A DNA stretch of 25,010 bases from a virus. Taxonomy: Duplodnaviria > Caudoviricetes. A program made the position numbers and the translations under genes. The DNA lies in the IMG/VR virus record IMGVR_UViG_3300002301_000063, positions 1 through 25,010 of that record, one strand, 5' to 3'. The notes under the pieces are model-generated. The model was not told the origin of the DNA. It worked only from the letters and a program-made list of their open reading frames with translations, and searched no databases. The first letter of the stretch is position 1. Each line of letters begins with the position of its first letter. Positions 9,077-17,362 of the stretch are shown piece after piece.

Positions 9077-9538
9077 ATGGCTAAAATCTACGTCCATACG
9101 CCCTTCGAACTCCTGGAAGGTCAGGAGAAGAAGGCTTTCGGGGTCGGCTCGCATGAGGTTGACTCTGCGCTCGTCAATCACTGGTATGTGAAACTGCATA
9201 CCGGCGAGGATCCGGGCGAGAGCAAGTCCGAGGACAGCCAGGCCGCCGACGCCCTGCTGGTGGAGCTCGATGGCCGCGAGCAGGACCTGCGCAAGCAGCT
9301 GGAGCTGCTGGAGGCCGAGAAGGCCGCTCTGGTCGAGCGCGAGAAGGCGCTGGCCGAGGCGGAGGAAGCCGCCAAGACCAAGGCCGCAGCGCTGGAGAAG
9401 CGCGACCTGGCCCTGGCAGACGCGGAAGCCGCTGTCCAGGCCAAGGCCAGCGCGGTGGATGCGCGTGAGGTCGCGGTGGCCGAGCGCGAGAAGGCGACCG
9501 AGCCGAAGGCCGACGGCACCAAAAACAGCAAGAAGTGA
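9077..9538 (+). CDS. Phage-associated protein (STY1053-like N-terminus) with a coiled-coil tail
   Basis: ATG at 9077 after AAGGAGAGG; 'KIYVHTPFEL...FGVGSHEVD...HWYVK', then A/E/K-rich heptads. Confidence 0.7.
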   Translation: MAKIYVHTPFELLEGQEKKAFGVGSHEVDSALVNHWYVKLHTGEDPGESKSEDSQAADALLVELDGREQDLRKQLELLEAEKAALVEREKALAEAEEAAKTKAAALEKRDLALADAEAAVQAKASAVDAREVAVAEREKATEPKADGTKNSKK

Positions 9539-9547
9539 CGGAAAACC

Positions 9548-9931
9548 ATGGACTCAGCGACTTTCAGGCAGCACTTTCCAGAGTTTGAAGATGCAGGCAT
9601 CTATCCTGATGCTCAGGTCACGTTCTGGCTGACGGTCGCTGAGAACCTGGTCAACCGTGTGCGCTGGGGTGGGCTGGCCGACCAGGGCGTCGAACTGGTC
9701 ACCGCCCACCACCTGGTGCTGGCAAGGCGTGACGAACTGGCCACCTCGGTCGGTGGCGTGCCAGGCCTGATGACCGGGCCACAGTCGAGCAAGTCCGTCG
9801 ACAAGGTCAGCGCCAGCTACGACACCAACGCCGCCACGGTCGACGGTGCCGGCTTCTGGAACCTCACGACGTACGGCGTTCGATACGCCTCCCTCGCAAA
9901 ACTCTTCGGCGCTGGCGGCCTGCAGGTATAG
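9548..9931 (+). CDS. Head-tail adaptor (DUF4054 family)
   Basis: 'FRQHFPEF', 'LVTAHHL', 'SKSVDKVSASYD', 'FWNLTTYG'. Confidence 0.85.
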   Translation: MDSATFRQHFPEFEDAGIYPDAQVTFWLTVAENLVNRVRWGGLADQGVELVTAHHLVLARRDELATSVGGVPGLMTGPQSSKSVDKVSASYDTNAATVDGAGFWNLTTYGVRYASLAKLFGAGGLQV

Positions 9932-9955
9932 CGCCCGGCCGCCAGGAAGGCGGCC

Positions 9956-10507
9956 ATGCCCGATTTCATCAAGATAGACAACCTCGCAAAGGTCCTCCAG
10001 GCGATCAATGATCTGGCGGGCAAGGACGTGCTCGTCGGCATCCCTGACAGTGCGCCGGAGCGTGAGCCGGACGATGACGGCGGTATGCCGCCCCCGAGCA
10101 ATGCTGTCATCGGCTACATGCAAGAGACAGGCATGCCCGAGCACAATCTTCCAGCTCGGCCGTTTTTGGTCCCTGGTGTGGCCAGCGTGCAGGGCAAGGT
10201 GGCCGTGCGCCTGGGCAAGGCCGCATCAGCGGCCCTGGACGGCGACAAGAGCGGTGCCGAGACCCATATGGGGCGTGCTGGCCTGGAAGCGCAGAACGCG
10301 GTGCGTGCGCGGATTAACAGCGGTATCGGACCAGCCCTTTCCGAAGCCACCCTGCGCCAGCGCGCGCGGCGCGGCAGAAAGGGCGCGATTCTGGAACTGG
10401 AACGGCGCGCCGGCGGCATGGAGCCCAGCACCGAATATGCGAAGCCGCTGATCGACACTGGCCAGCTGCGCAACTCAATTACCTACGTGATACGAAAGAA
10501 AAAATGA
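9956..10507 (+). CDS. Neck/virion morphogenesis protein (HK97 gp10-like)
   Basis: 'LPARPFLVPG', 'KPLIDTGQLRNSITYV'; gene order. Confidence 0.8.
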   Translation: MPDFIKIDNLAKVLQAINDLAGKDVLVGIPDSAPEREPDDDGGMPPPSNAVIGYMQETGMPEHNLPARPFLVPGVASVQGKVAVRLGKAASAALDGDKSGAETHMGRAGLEAQNAVRARINSGIGPALSEATLRQRARRGRKGAILELERRAGGMEPSTEYAKPLIDTGQLRNSITYVIRKKK

Positions 10508-10508
10508 C

Positions 10509-10880
10509 ATGGCGCTGCTCGATGTCACCGATGTGTTGCTCGATCCTGACTTCATGGACACGGGGATCATGTGCTGTCGCCAGGACCAGGTGGTCGGCGA
10601 CGATGGCCGGGCCACGAACACCGAGACGCAGACGCGATTTGCCGGCGTGGTGACCAGCGACAGTGGTGATGTGCTGCAGCGGATCGCCGAAGGCAGCCGG
10701 ATCGTCGGGTCCATCACGATCCACACGATCTTCCGCCTGCAGGATGGTGGTGCCGGCCGTGATGCCGATGAGGTGATCTGGAGCGGTACCCGCTACACGG
10801 TCTCGAACGTGAACAACTATTCCCACTTCGGTCGCGGCTTCGTCGCTGCGACCTGTGACCTGAAACCACTCTCCGGATAA
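10509..10880 (+). CDS. Head-closure (stopper) protein
   Basis: 'LLDVTDVLLDPDF', 'DEVIWSGTRYTV', 'SHFGRGFV'; gene order. Confidence 0.7.
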   Translation: MALLDVTDVLLDPDFMDTGIMCCRQDQVVGDDGRATNTETQTRFAGVVTSDSGDVLQRIAEGSRIVGSITIHTIFRLQDGGAGRDADEVIWSGTRYTVSNVNNYSHFGRGFVAATCDLKPLSG

Positions 10881-10883
10881 ACC

Positions 10884-11474
10884 ATGAACACGAGCGCAAC
10901 AGGCGGCTACCTGGTGCCGGCTGTTGCCTCGCCGCCGCTGGACGACGACGACCTCGACAACCTGCTGCACGACATGATCGCCGGCATCTCAGGTCTCCCC
11001 CGCGCCATGGTGCGCCCACGATGGCAACCCACGGTACCGAAACAGCCTGAACCTGGCGTGAACTGGTGCGCCTTCGGCGTGATGAGCCAGCAGAACGATG
11101 CCGGGCCAGCCCTCCAGCATGACCCCGCTGGCCAGGGCAACGACGTCTATATCCGTCACCAGGACCTGACCGTGCTCTGCAGCTTCTATGGCCCTGGCGC
11201 CAAGGGCCTCGCGCAGGCCCTGGCCGATGGGCTGACCATCCCGCAGAACAATGAGGCTATCGGGCTGCAGGGTATGCGCTTCATCGATGCCGAAGTCATC
11301 CGCGCCGTGCCAGATCTGGTGAACCAGCAGTGGATTCGCCGGTATGACTTGAGCATCAGGCTGCGCCGCAAGATCCAGCGCAGCTACCCAGTTTTGAATC
11401 TTCTTTCTGCCCAAGTGCAGACACAAACCGACGGCAGTGTGCCGATCACCTCGAATCAAACCATCACCGAGTAA
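10884..11474 (+). CDS. Tail terminator/completion protein
   Basis: 'MVRPRWQ', 'WCAFGV', 'SFYGP', 'QQWIRRYDL'; immediately upstream of the sheath. Confidence 0.75.
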   Translation: MNTSATGGYLVPAVASPPLDDDDLDNLLHDMIAGISGLPRAMVRPRWQPTVPKQPEPGVNWCAFGVMSQQNDAGPALQHDPAGQGNDVYIRHQDLTVLCSFYGPGAKGLAQALADGLTIPQNNEAIGLQGMRFIDAEVIRAVPDLVNQQWIRRYDLSIRLRRKIQRSYPVLNLLSAQVQTQTDGSVPITSNQTITE

Positions 11475-11486
11475 AGGAAGGCCACC

Positions 11487-12960
11487 ATGAGCAATGGATT
11501 GCCCGTGTCGCGTCTGATCAACGTCACCATCAACATGTCGCCAGCGGCGGCCCAAGGCGCGAACCTGAACACGGCGCTGTTCCTGGGCGCAACGGCCGTT
11601 ATCGATACCGCTGAGCGCATGCGCTCCTACGGATCGATCACCGAGGTGGGGGGGCGACTTCAGTACGACTGACCCGGAATACAAGGCTGCGCTTCTGTAT
11701 TTCCAGCAAACGCCTCAGCCGTCCGAACTGCGCATTGGCCGTTGGGCCAAGACTGCGACCGCTGGCCTTTTGCGTGGGGCCGCGCTGTCCACCGCACAGC
11801 AGGAGCTGACCCTGTGGAAGGCCGTGACGGCCGGGTCTTTCCGCGTCACGATCGACGGGACGGTGAAGACGCTCTCTGCGCTCGACTTCTCCGGAGTGAC
11901 CAACCTGAACGGCGTGGCCACGATTATCACTACGGCGCTGGCCGGCGCGGTCTGCGTGTGGAACGGCACTCAGTTTGTGATCACCTCGCCCACCACCGGT
12001 GCCAATTCGAAGGTCAGCTATGCCAGCGCGACCGGATCCGGTACCGACATCTCCGCCATGCTGGGCATGACCAGCGGTGTGGCGCCGGCACCGGTAGACG
12101 GGATCGTCGCCGAGGCTCCGGATGCCTGCGTGTCGCTGTTCCTGGATCGCTTCTCGAATCAGTTCCTTGGCCTGGCGTTTGCCGATACCTCGCTGACCGA
12201 TGACCAGTTGATCGCAGTGTGTGACCTGATCGAGGCCGATCAGAAGCACCTCCATGCAGTCTCGACCTCCACGGCCGCGGTCCTGGATCCCACCAGCACC
12301 ACCGACATTGCCAGCCGCATGCTGGCCAAGTCCTACAAGTATTCGTTCGGGCAGTTCTCCAGCATGCCGTTCGCTGGTGCATCGCTGCTGGGGCGCCTGT
12401 TGACCACGGACTTCGACGCGAACAACACGACGATCACCCTGATGTACAAGCAGGAGCCCGGCATCGTTGCCGAGACCCTGACCACGACGCAGGCCAACAC
12501 GCTGCAGGCCAAGCGTATCAACGTGTTTGTCGAATACAACAACGACACGGCGGTGGTGCAGTACGGCATCACACCCAGTGGCATCTACATCGACTCGATC
12601 TACAACTCGATCTGGTTCCAGAACCGCGTGCAGACCGACGTCTACAACCTGCTGTACCAGAGCACGACCAAGATCCCGCAGACCGATGCAGGTAACGCCC
12701 TGATCGCTTCGGTTATCGAGGGTGCGTGCGAAGCGGCTGTGAACAACGGTTATCTGGCACCTGGGGTGTGGAACGCTGGCGGCTTCGGTGTGCTGAAACA
12801 GGGCGACACCCTGAGCAAGGGCTACTACGTCTACACCCCGCCGATTGCATCGCAGTCGCAATCGAACCGCGAGGCACGCAAGTCGGTGCCGTTCCAGATT
12901 GCGGCCAAGGAAGCAGGTGCCATCCACACCGCCGACATCCTGATCAACGTCAACCGCTAA
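11487..12960 (+). pseudogene. Tail sheath protein (DUF3383 family), frameshifted at the G7 run 11648-11654
   Basis: ORFs 11487-11672 and 11770-12960 join into one 490-aa protein (...[28 protein letters not shown]...EAGAIH) if one G is removed. Could be a sequencing error. Confidence 0.85.
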
Positions 12961-12974
12961 GTAAAGGCTGAAAC

Positions 12975-13415
12975 ATGGCAACTTATTCCTTATTGGATGT
13001 CCAGGCATCGTTCAATGGTCCGTCTGGCAAATTTTCGCTTGGCTATGGCGAGGCGGTTGCCGAAGAGGGCATCGATATCGTGCGTAACGGCGACAAGAAC
13101 ACCATGACCGTGGCCGGGGATGGTGAAGGTATGCACAGCCTGCATGGGGACAAATCCGGTCAGATCACTTTGCGCTACCTGAAGACCGCGCCGGTGAATG
13201 CAAAGTTGATGGCTGCATACAATGCCCAGACTCTGGATAGCCGCCTCCACGGGAAGAACATCATCACTGTGACCAACTCAGCCAGCGGCGACGTGCATGC
13301 CGGCCGCCAGTGCGCGTTCAAGAAGGCTCCAGACATGAAATACGCCAAGGATGGCGACATAGTGGCCTGGGTCTTCGACGTAATTAAGCTCGACTCTATT
13401 CTGGGTATCTACTGA
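12975..13415 (+). CDS. Tail tube protein (DUF3277 family)
   Basis: 'MATYSLLDV', 'GDKNTMTVAGDGEGMHSL', 'CAFKKAPD'; follows the sheath. Confidence 0.85.
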   Translation: MATYSLLDVQASFNGPSGKFSLGYGEAVAEEGIDIVRNGDKNTMTVAGDGEGMHSLHGDKSGQITLRYLKTAPVNAKLMAAYNAQTLDSRLHGKNIITVTNSASGDVHAGRQCAFKKAPDMKYAKDGDIVAWVFDVIKLDSILGIY

Positions 13416-13417
13416 TC

Positions 13418-13861
13418 ATGGGCGTAGAACTTGAAGTGGCCGGGAAGGCCTATTCCATTGGCAAGATGTCGGCGAAGAAACAGTTCCACGTTTCCCGCCG
13501 CATCGCGCCCCTGATCCCCAAATTGATTCCCGTGTTCACCCGCGTGAAATCTGGCGGCGGAATCTCTGCCGATCTGGATGGCTTGGCTGAAGTGCTTCAG
13601 CCGTTTGCCGATGCCCTGGCCAAGATGAACGACGAGGACGCGGAATACGTGATGGACGCCTGCATGGCAGCTGTCCAGCGGAAGAACGAGTATGGCTGGA
13701 CCGCTGCCTGGAACGAGCAGGCCAAGGGCCCGATGTTCGATGACATTGATCTGGGCGTCATGCTCCCGCTCACCGTGCGTTGCATCGTGGTGAACCTGGG
13801 CCCTTTTATTCAAGGGCTGCTTACAAGCCCAGGGGGCAGCCCGGAGACACCAGCTGGCTAA
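13418..13861 (+). CDS. Tail assembly chaperone
   Basis: Between tube and tape measure; 'KQFHVSRRIAP'; contains the slippery heptamer C CCT TTT at 13801-13807. Confidence 0.8.
   Translation: MGVELEVAGKAYSIGKMSAKKQFHVSRRIAPLIPKLIPVFTRVKSGGGISADLDGLAEVLQPFADALAKMNDEDAEYVMDACMAAVQRKNEYGWTAAWNEQAKGPMFDDIDLGVMLPLTVRCIVVNLGPFIQGLLTSPGGSPETPAG
13801..13807 (+). promoter_or_regulatory. Putative -1 programmed ribosomal frameshift site (C CCU UUU)
   Basis: X XXY YYZ heptamer in the correct codon phase; the -1 frame stays open to 14046. Confidence 0.6.
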
Positions 13862-14046
13862 TGTCCTTGCCGGATGGTGAGGACTGGCTGCTGGCGCCGG
13901 CGCTGGCCGGGGTCTGCCGGTATGAATCCATCATCGATGGCACGCTCGGTCTCCACGACATTGCACTGATGAACGACGCCATGGCCGTGAAGGCCGATAA
14001 CGAAGCTGAGGCGCGCCGCCGGGCGCGAAATGAAGACAATGGCTGA
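13861..14046 (+). CDS. Second tail chaperone (lambda T-like, pre-tape-measure ORF)
   Basis: ATG overlaps the upstream TAA; 'LPDGEDWLLAP...YESIIDGTLGLHDIALMND'. Confidence 0.75.
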   Translation: MSLPDGEDWLLAPALAGVCRYESIIDGTLGLHDIALMNDAMAVKADNEAEARRRARNEDNG

Positions 14047-15730
14047 TACCGCTATCATCAAGGAATTCCTGGTCGCCTTGGGTTTCAAGGTCGATGAAAA
14101 AGGCCTGAAGAACTTCAAGGATGGGGTGGATGGAGCGACCAAGGGAGTAGTGCGCCTGGTCTCCACCATCCAGGGCGCGGCGCTGACCATTGGGGCTGGA
14201 GTATCGGCCCTGGCCTCCAAGCTGGAAGGCCTGTATTTCGTCAGCCAGCGCACCGGTGCCGCAGCCACCAGCCTGAAGGCCTTCGAGTACGCGGCCAAGA
14301 ACCTGGGCATCAGCAGCCAAGCTGCGCTCGGTACCGTCGAGAATCTGGCCAAGTTTCTCCGTGAGAACCCAGCCGGCGAGGGCTATCTGCAGTCCATCGG
14401 CGTGCAGACGCGAGACGCCAACGGCCAGTTGCGCGATACGGTGGACATTCTGTCGGACCTCGGCCAGGAGCTTGGGAAGCGTCCTACCTGGCTGGCAGCG
14501 CAGTATGGAAACGTGCTTGGCATTGACCAGAACCTGCTGCTGGCCATGCGCAATGGCGATTTCGCCCGCTTCATGCAGCAGTACCGCGAGATGTCCAAGA
14601 ACAACGGCCTGGACAAGGCCGCTGAGGATGCTCACCTGTTCATGATCCAGCTTCGGGATCTGGGAACGACCTTTGAAAACTTTGCCATCCGGTTGGAAGG
14701 CGCGCTGGTCCAGAAGATCGGGCCGAAGCTGCAGGCCTTCCGCGAATGGTTCGAGAAGAACTCACCGCTCATCGCTGACCGGGTCGCCTCGATCGCTCTT
14801 GCGATCATCGATGCGGCTGCCGCCATGGGGCCGCCGCTGGCCGCCATCGCCGACATCTTTGTCAGCCTGGACAAGGCGACTGATGGCTGGAGCACGAAGA
14901 TCCTGGTGGCGATTGCTGCGTTCAAGGTACTCGGCGGCTTCCAGCTGGTCGCGGGCATCTGGAAGATGGTGACGGCACTGCGGGCGATGGGCGCGGCCTC
15001 GGCGGTGGCCGGGGCGGCAGCTGGCGGTGGTGGCGCTGCAGCAGGTGCCGCAGCTGGTGGCGGCCTGCTGGCCAGGATGTTCCCATGGCTGGCAAGGGCC
15101 GGCGTGGGACTGGGCCTGCTGCTGCATAGCGGCGACCTGAACTCAGGCGAAGAGCAGGAGCTCGCCCGGCGACGGGCAGCGGCCGGCATCCAGCCTGGTC
15201 AGCAGCCTCCCGCAAACGCACAAGACGCGGTCGGTTTCTTCCAGCGCATGGGCTGGTCTCACGCGCAAGCGGTCGGCCTGGTGGCGAATCTTCGCGCCGA
15301 GAGCAACCTGAACCCCGCTGCTACTGGCGACAGCGGCAGCGCCTATGGCGTGGCCCAGTGGCACCCAGATCGCCAAGCCAACTTCCGCGCCTGGTCCGGT
15401 AAGGACATCCGTGAATCCAACCTGATGGAACAGCTGCAGTTCGTGAACTACGAGCTGACACAGGGGGCGGAGCAGCGCGCGGGGCAGTTGCTCCGGGCGG
15501 CGCAAAACGCACAGCAGGCTGGCGATATCGTGTCGCGGTATTACGAGCGGCCGCGCGACACGGAGGGTAAGGCCGCACGTCGCGGAGCCTCCGCCGTCGA
15601 GCTGGCTCAGCAGACCAATATCAACATCTACGGCGTGGCCGATGCCAACAGCGCTGCGCAATCCGTATCGGCCGCGCAGCGCGGCGTCAACGCTGACATC
15701 GTGAGAAACCTGCAAGGGGCAATTCAGTGA
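14039..15730 (+). CDS. Tape measure protein with a C-terminal phage tail lysozyme (Phage_lysozyme2-like) domain
   Basis: 'IKEFLVALGFKVD' start and Ala/Gly-rich helices; 'GLVANLRAESNLNP..GDSGSAYGVAQW...QLQFVNYEL...YYERP'. Alternative start at 14030. Confidence 0.88.
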   Translation: MADTAIIKEFLVALGFKVDEKGLKNFKDGVDGATKGVVRLVSTIQGAALTIGAGVSALASKLEGLYFVSQRTGAAATSLKAFEYAAKNLGISSQAALGTVENLAKFLRENPAGEGYLQSIGVQTRDANGQLRDTVDILSDLGQELGKRPTWLAAQYGNVLGIDQNLLLAMRNGDFARFMQQYREMSKNNGLDKAAEDAHLFMIQLRDLGTTFENFAIRLEGALVQKIGPKLQAFREWFEKNSPLIADRVASIALAIIDAAAAMGPPLAAIADIFVSLDKATDGWSTKILVAIAAFKVLGGFQLVAGIWKMVTALRAMGAASAVAGAAAGGGGAAAGAAAGGGLLARMFPWLARAGVGLGLLLHSGDLNSGEEQELARRRAAAGIQPGQQPPANAQDAVGFFQRMGWSHAQAVGLVANLRAESNLNPAATGDSGSAYGVAQWHPDRQANFRAWSGKDIRESNLMEQLQFVNYELTQGAEQRAGQLLRAAQNAQQAGDIVSRYYERPRDTEGKAARRGASAVELAQQTNINIYGVADANSAAQSVSAAQRGVNADIVRNLQGAIQ

Positions 15731-16302
15731 TTCTGGACAACGTTCTCATCACTCCGAAGAAAATCGGGGCGATTGCCATTCAGGTGGCCGTCGAGGAGAC
15801 CCATGAGGACGAGATGCAGGTCACGGAGCATCCTGTGGAGCGGGGCGCTGAGATCGCCGATCACGCCTTCAAGCGAAATCCAGTGGTCACCATACAGTGT
15901 GGATGGAGCAATTCGGACTATGCGGCGCTCCTGAGCACCGCCGAAGGTACTTTCTTTGGCGGTGCGCTGCCATCGTCCGAATACATCCAGTTGGTCTATT
16001 CGCAGCTGCTGGAGCTCCAGGAGACGGCGCGGCCGTTCAGCGTGATGACCAGCATGCGGATCTACGACAGCATGCTTTTCAAGTCGCTGGTGGTGAAGCG
16101 GGACCCCCGCACGGGCAACGCGCTCATGGCGCAAGCCACCTTCAAGGCAGTGCGTATCGTCGATACGAGGGTCACGTCACTCCCGGCTAGATCGGATCAG
16201 GCTCAGCCCGCCAAGACTGCGGAAACTGAGAACACTGGGGTGAAGGCTGCGCTGCCCGCGACTCCGGCACCGGGTGGAACCGTTGCACCGGAGAACATGT
16301 GA
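15727..16302 (+). CDS. Tube initiator/Dit-like baseplate protein
   Basis: GTGA overlap; 'VEETHEDEMQVTEHPVERGAEIADHAFK', 'RIYDSML'. Confidence 0.8.
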   Translation: MILDNVLITPKKIGAIAIQVAVEETHEDEMQVTEHPVERGAEIADHAFKRNPVVTIQCGWSNSDYAALLSTAEGTFFGGALPSSEYIQLVYSQLLELQETARPFSVMTSMRIYDSMLFKSLVVKRDPRTGNALMAQATFKAVRIVDTRVTSLPARSDQAQPAKTAETENTGVKAALPATPAPGGTVAPENM

Positions 16303-16616
16303 TGCCAAATTTTTTTGAGATTCCTCTCGACCCTACGCCGCAAAAGTTCTCCGTCACTTTGGGCACCGTCACCTACCAGATGACCCTGCAGTACCGGGCG
16401 GCTGGCGGTGCTGGTTGGGTGCTGGATATCGCCGATGCGAACGGCAACTCGCTGGTCAGTGGGATGCCGCTTGTGACAGGTTGCAACCTGCTGGAGCAAT
16501 ACGACTATCTGGGCTTCGCTGGCCGCCTCTGGGTTCAGGGCTCAGTGGACCCAGACGACACGCCGACCTTTGAGGATCTCGGAGTCGGGTCCCATGTGTA
16601 TTGGGTAACTTCTTAG
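16302..16616 (+). CDS. Small baseplate (plug-type) protein
   Basis: 'EIPLDPTPQKFSVTL', 'WVLDIAD', 'GMPLVTGCNLLEQY'. Confidence 0.78.
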   Translation: MPNFFEIPLDPTPQKFSVTLGTVTYQMTLQYRAAGGAGWVLDIADANGNSLVSGMPLVTGCNLLEQYDYLGFAGRLWVQGSVDPDDTPTFEDLGVGSHVYWVTS

Positions 16617-16626
16617 CAACAGATAT

Positions 16627-16805
16627 TTCAACGGTGATCAACTTGATCACGGTTCAAGGGGCGCTCGGGCTGAGTCACCATCTTGACCACGCCTTTGCTG
16701 GCCACTCGACCAAGGCATGGTCAAGATGACCATGCCTTCACTGCCTTTCAGACCAAGGCATCACCATCTTGGTGATACCTGTGTGGTCAAGTTGACCACG
16801 CAGGT
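16627..16805. repeat. Array of five palindromic or quasi-palindromic units sharing a CA-WSW-TG core
   Basis: Centres at 16642, 16682, 16725, 16768, 16791. Examples: AAGGCATGGTCA-AGA-TGACCATGCCTT (perfect 12-bp arms, 16712-16738) and ACCTGTGTGGTCA-AGT-TGACCACGCAGGT (16777-16805). GACCAAGGCAT is directly repeated at 16708 and 16751. Confidence 0.9.
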
Positions 16806-16852
16806 CTACCCCTATCTTGCGCTTTAGTAATTTTAAGAAAAACCTCGACCGC

Positions 16853-17092
16853 TCAAGGTTTTGAGATCTTCCCCTGATTTTCCAACTCGGCCACAAGGTC
16901 TTTGATGATGTCGGCTTTTAGCGTCGCGTATTGGGCCATATCGAAGTCGAAACTTGGACTTGGCGAGAACGACTGTTCCAGGCGAGAAACAAGCTCCGCG
17001 TTGACGGATCGCTTGTTGGCGTCTGCAGCGGCTTTCAGGAGTTCGTAAAGCGCGTAAGGCAGGCGAAATTGAGAACGGTAGGTATCTTCCAT
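16853..17092 (-). CDS. Arc/Mnt-family ribbon-helix-helix repressor (Mnt-like position)
   Basis: 'YRSQFRLPYALYELLKAAADANKRSVNAELVSRLEQSF' is the Arc-family signature. Confidence 0.9.
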   Translation of the reverse strand: MEDTYRSQFRLPYALYELLKAAADANKRSVNAELVSRLEQSFSPSPSFDFDMAQYATLKADIIKDLVAELENQGKISKP

Positions 17093-17101
17093 AAAAAGAG
17101 T

Positions 17102-17145
17102 TTGACACTACCGTGTCACTTTCGTATAGTGACTGCGTAGTGACA
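17102..17145 (+). promoter_or_regulatory. Sigma70 promoter (Pant-like) with overlapping putative operator repeats
   Basis: TTGACA (17102-17107), 17-bp spacer, TATAGT (17125-17130). Inverted repeats TGACAC-N4-GTGTCA and GTCACT-N7-AGTGAC; TAGTGAC occurs twice (17127, 17138). Confidence 0.85.
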
Positions 17146-17156
17146 AAGGAGGTCTT

Positions 17157-17330
17157 ATGAATGACGTGATCAGATCGCAATATCGTCTTCCCCAAGATGT
17201 TGACTTGTGGCTGAAAGAGGAAGCAGAACGAGATGGCCGCTCGAAAAACTCCATGCTGGTCGCGGCTTTGCGCCAATGCATGAACGCCCAAAAGAGAAAC
17301 GCCCCAACGGCGGCAACCGTTGAGGCGTGA
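17157..17330 (+). CDS. Arc-family ribbon-helix-helix protein, 57 aa (absent from the ORF track)
   Basis: RBS AAGGAGG at 17146-17152; manual translation MNDVIRSQYRLPQDVDLWLKEEAERDGRSKNSMLVAALRQCMNAQKRNAPTAATVEA. Confidence 0.88.
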   Translation: MNDVIRSQYRLPQDVDLWLKEEAERDGRSKNSMLVAALRQCMNAQKRNAPTAATVEA

Positions 17331-17362
17331 AGTGCAGTGAAACCCTTAGAGAGGAACCACTA
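17290..17362 (-). ncRNA. Sar-like antisense RNA (about 70 nt) covering the antirepressor RBS
   Basis: Minus-strand promoter TTGACC-N17-TATGAT; terminator hairpin 17299-17328 followed by UUCUCUUUU on the minus strand; spans the RBS near 17349-17356. Ends are approximate. Confidence 0.65.

Noticed and set aside
9280-9500. GAGCGCGAGAAGGCG-type repeats
   Set aside because: Explained by coiled-coil coding (EREKA) rather than a DNA element.
14985-15070. GGC/GCN low-complexity repeat
   Set aside because: Ordinary Ala/Gly-rich tape measure linker.
701-15715. Long minus-strand and alternate-frame ORFs (e.g. 1563-2690, 3980-5089, 5749-6951, 11638-13008)
   Set aside because: These are shadow ORFs of GC-rich genes with no recognisable motifs, and they overlap well-supported phage genes.
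16627-16805. CRISPR mini-array
   Set aside because: The units are themselves the variable part, spacing is irregular, there is no constant repeat with unique spacers, and no cas genes are present.
16627-16805. Single decayed antirepressor pseudogene or DGR template repeat
   Set aside because: Only one short segment is repeated, in different frames, without flanking domain sequence. Differences are not adenine-specific and no reverse transcriptase is present.
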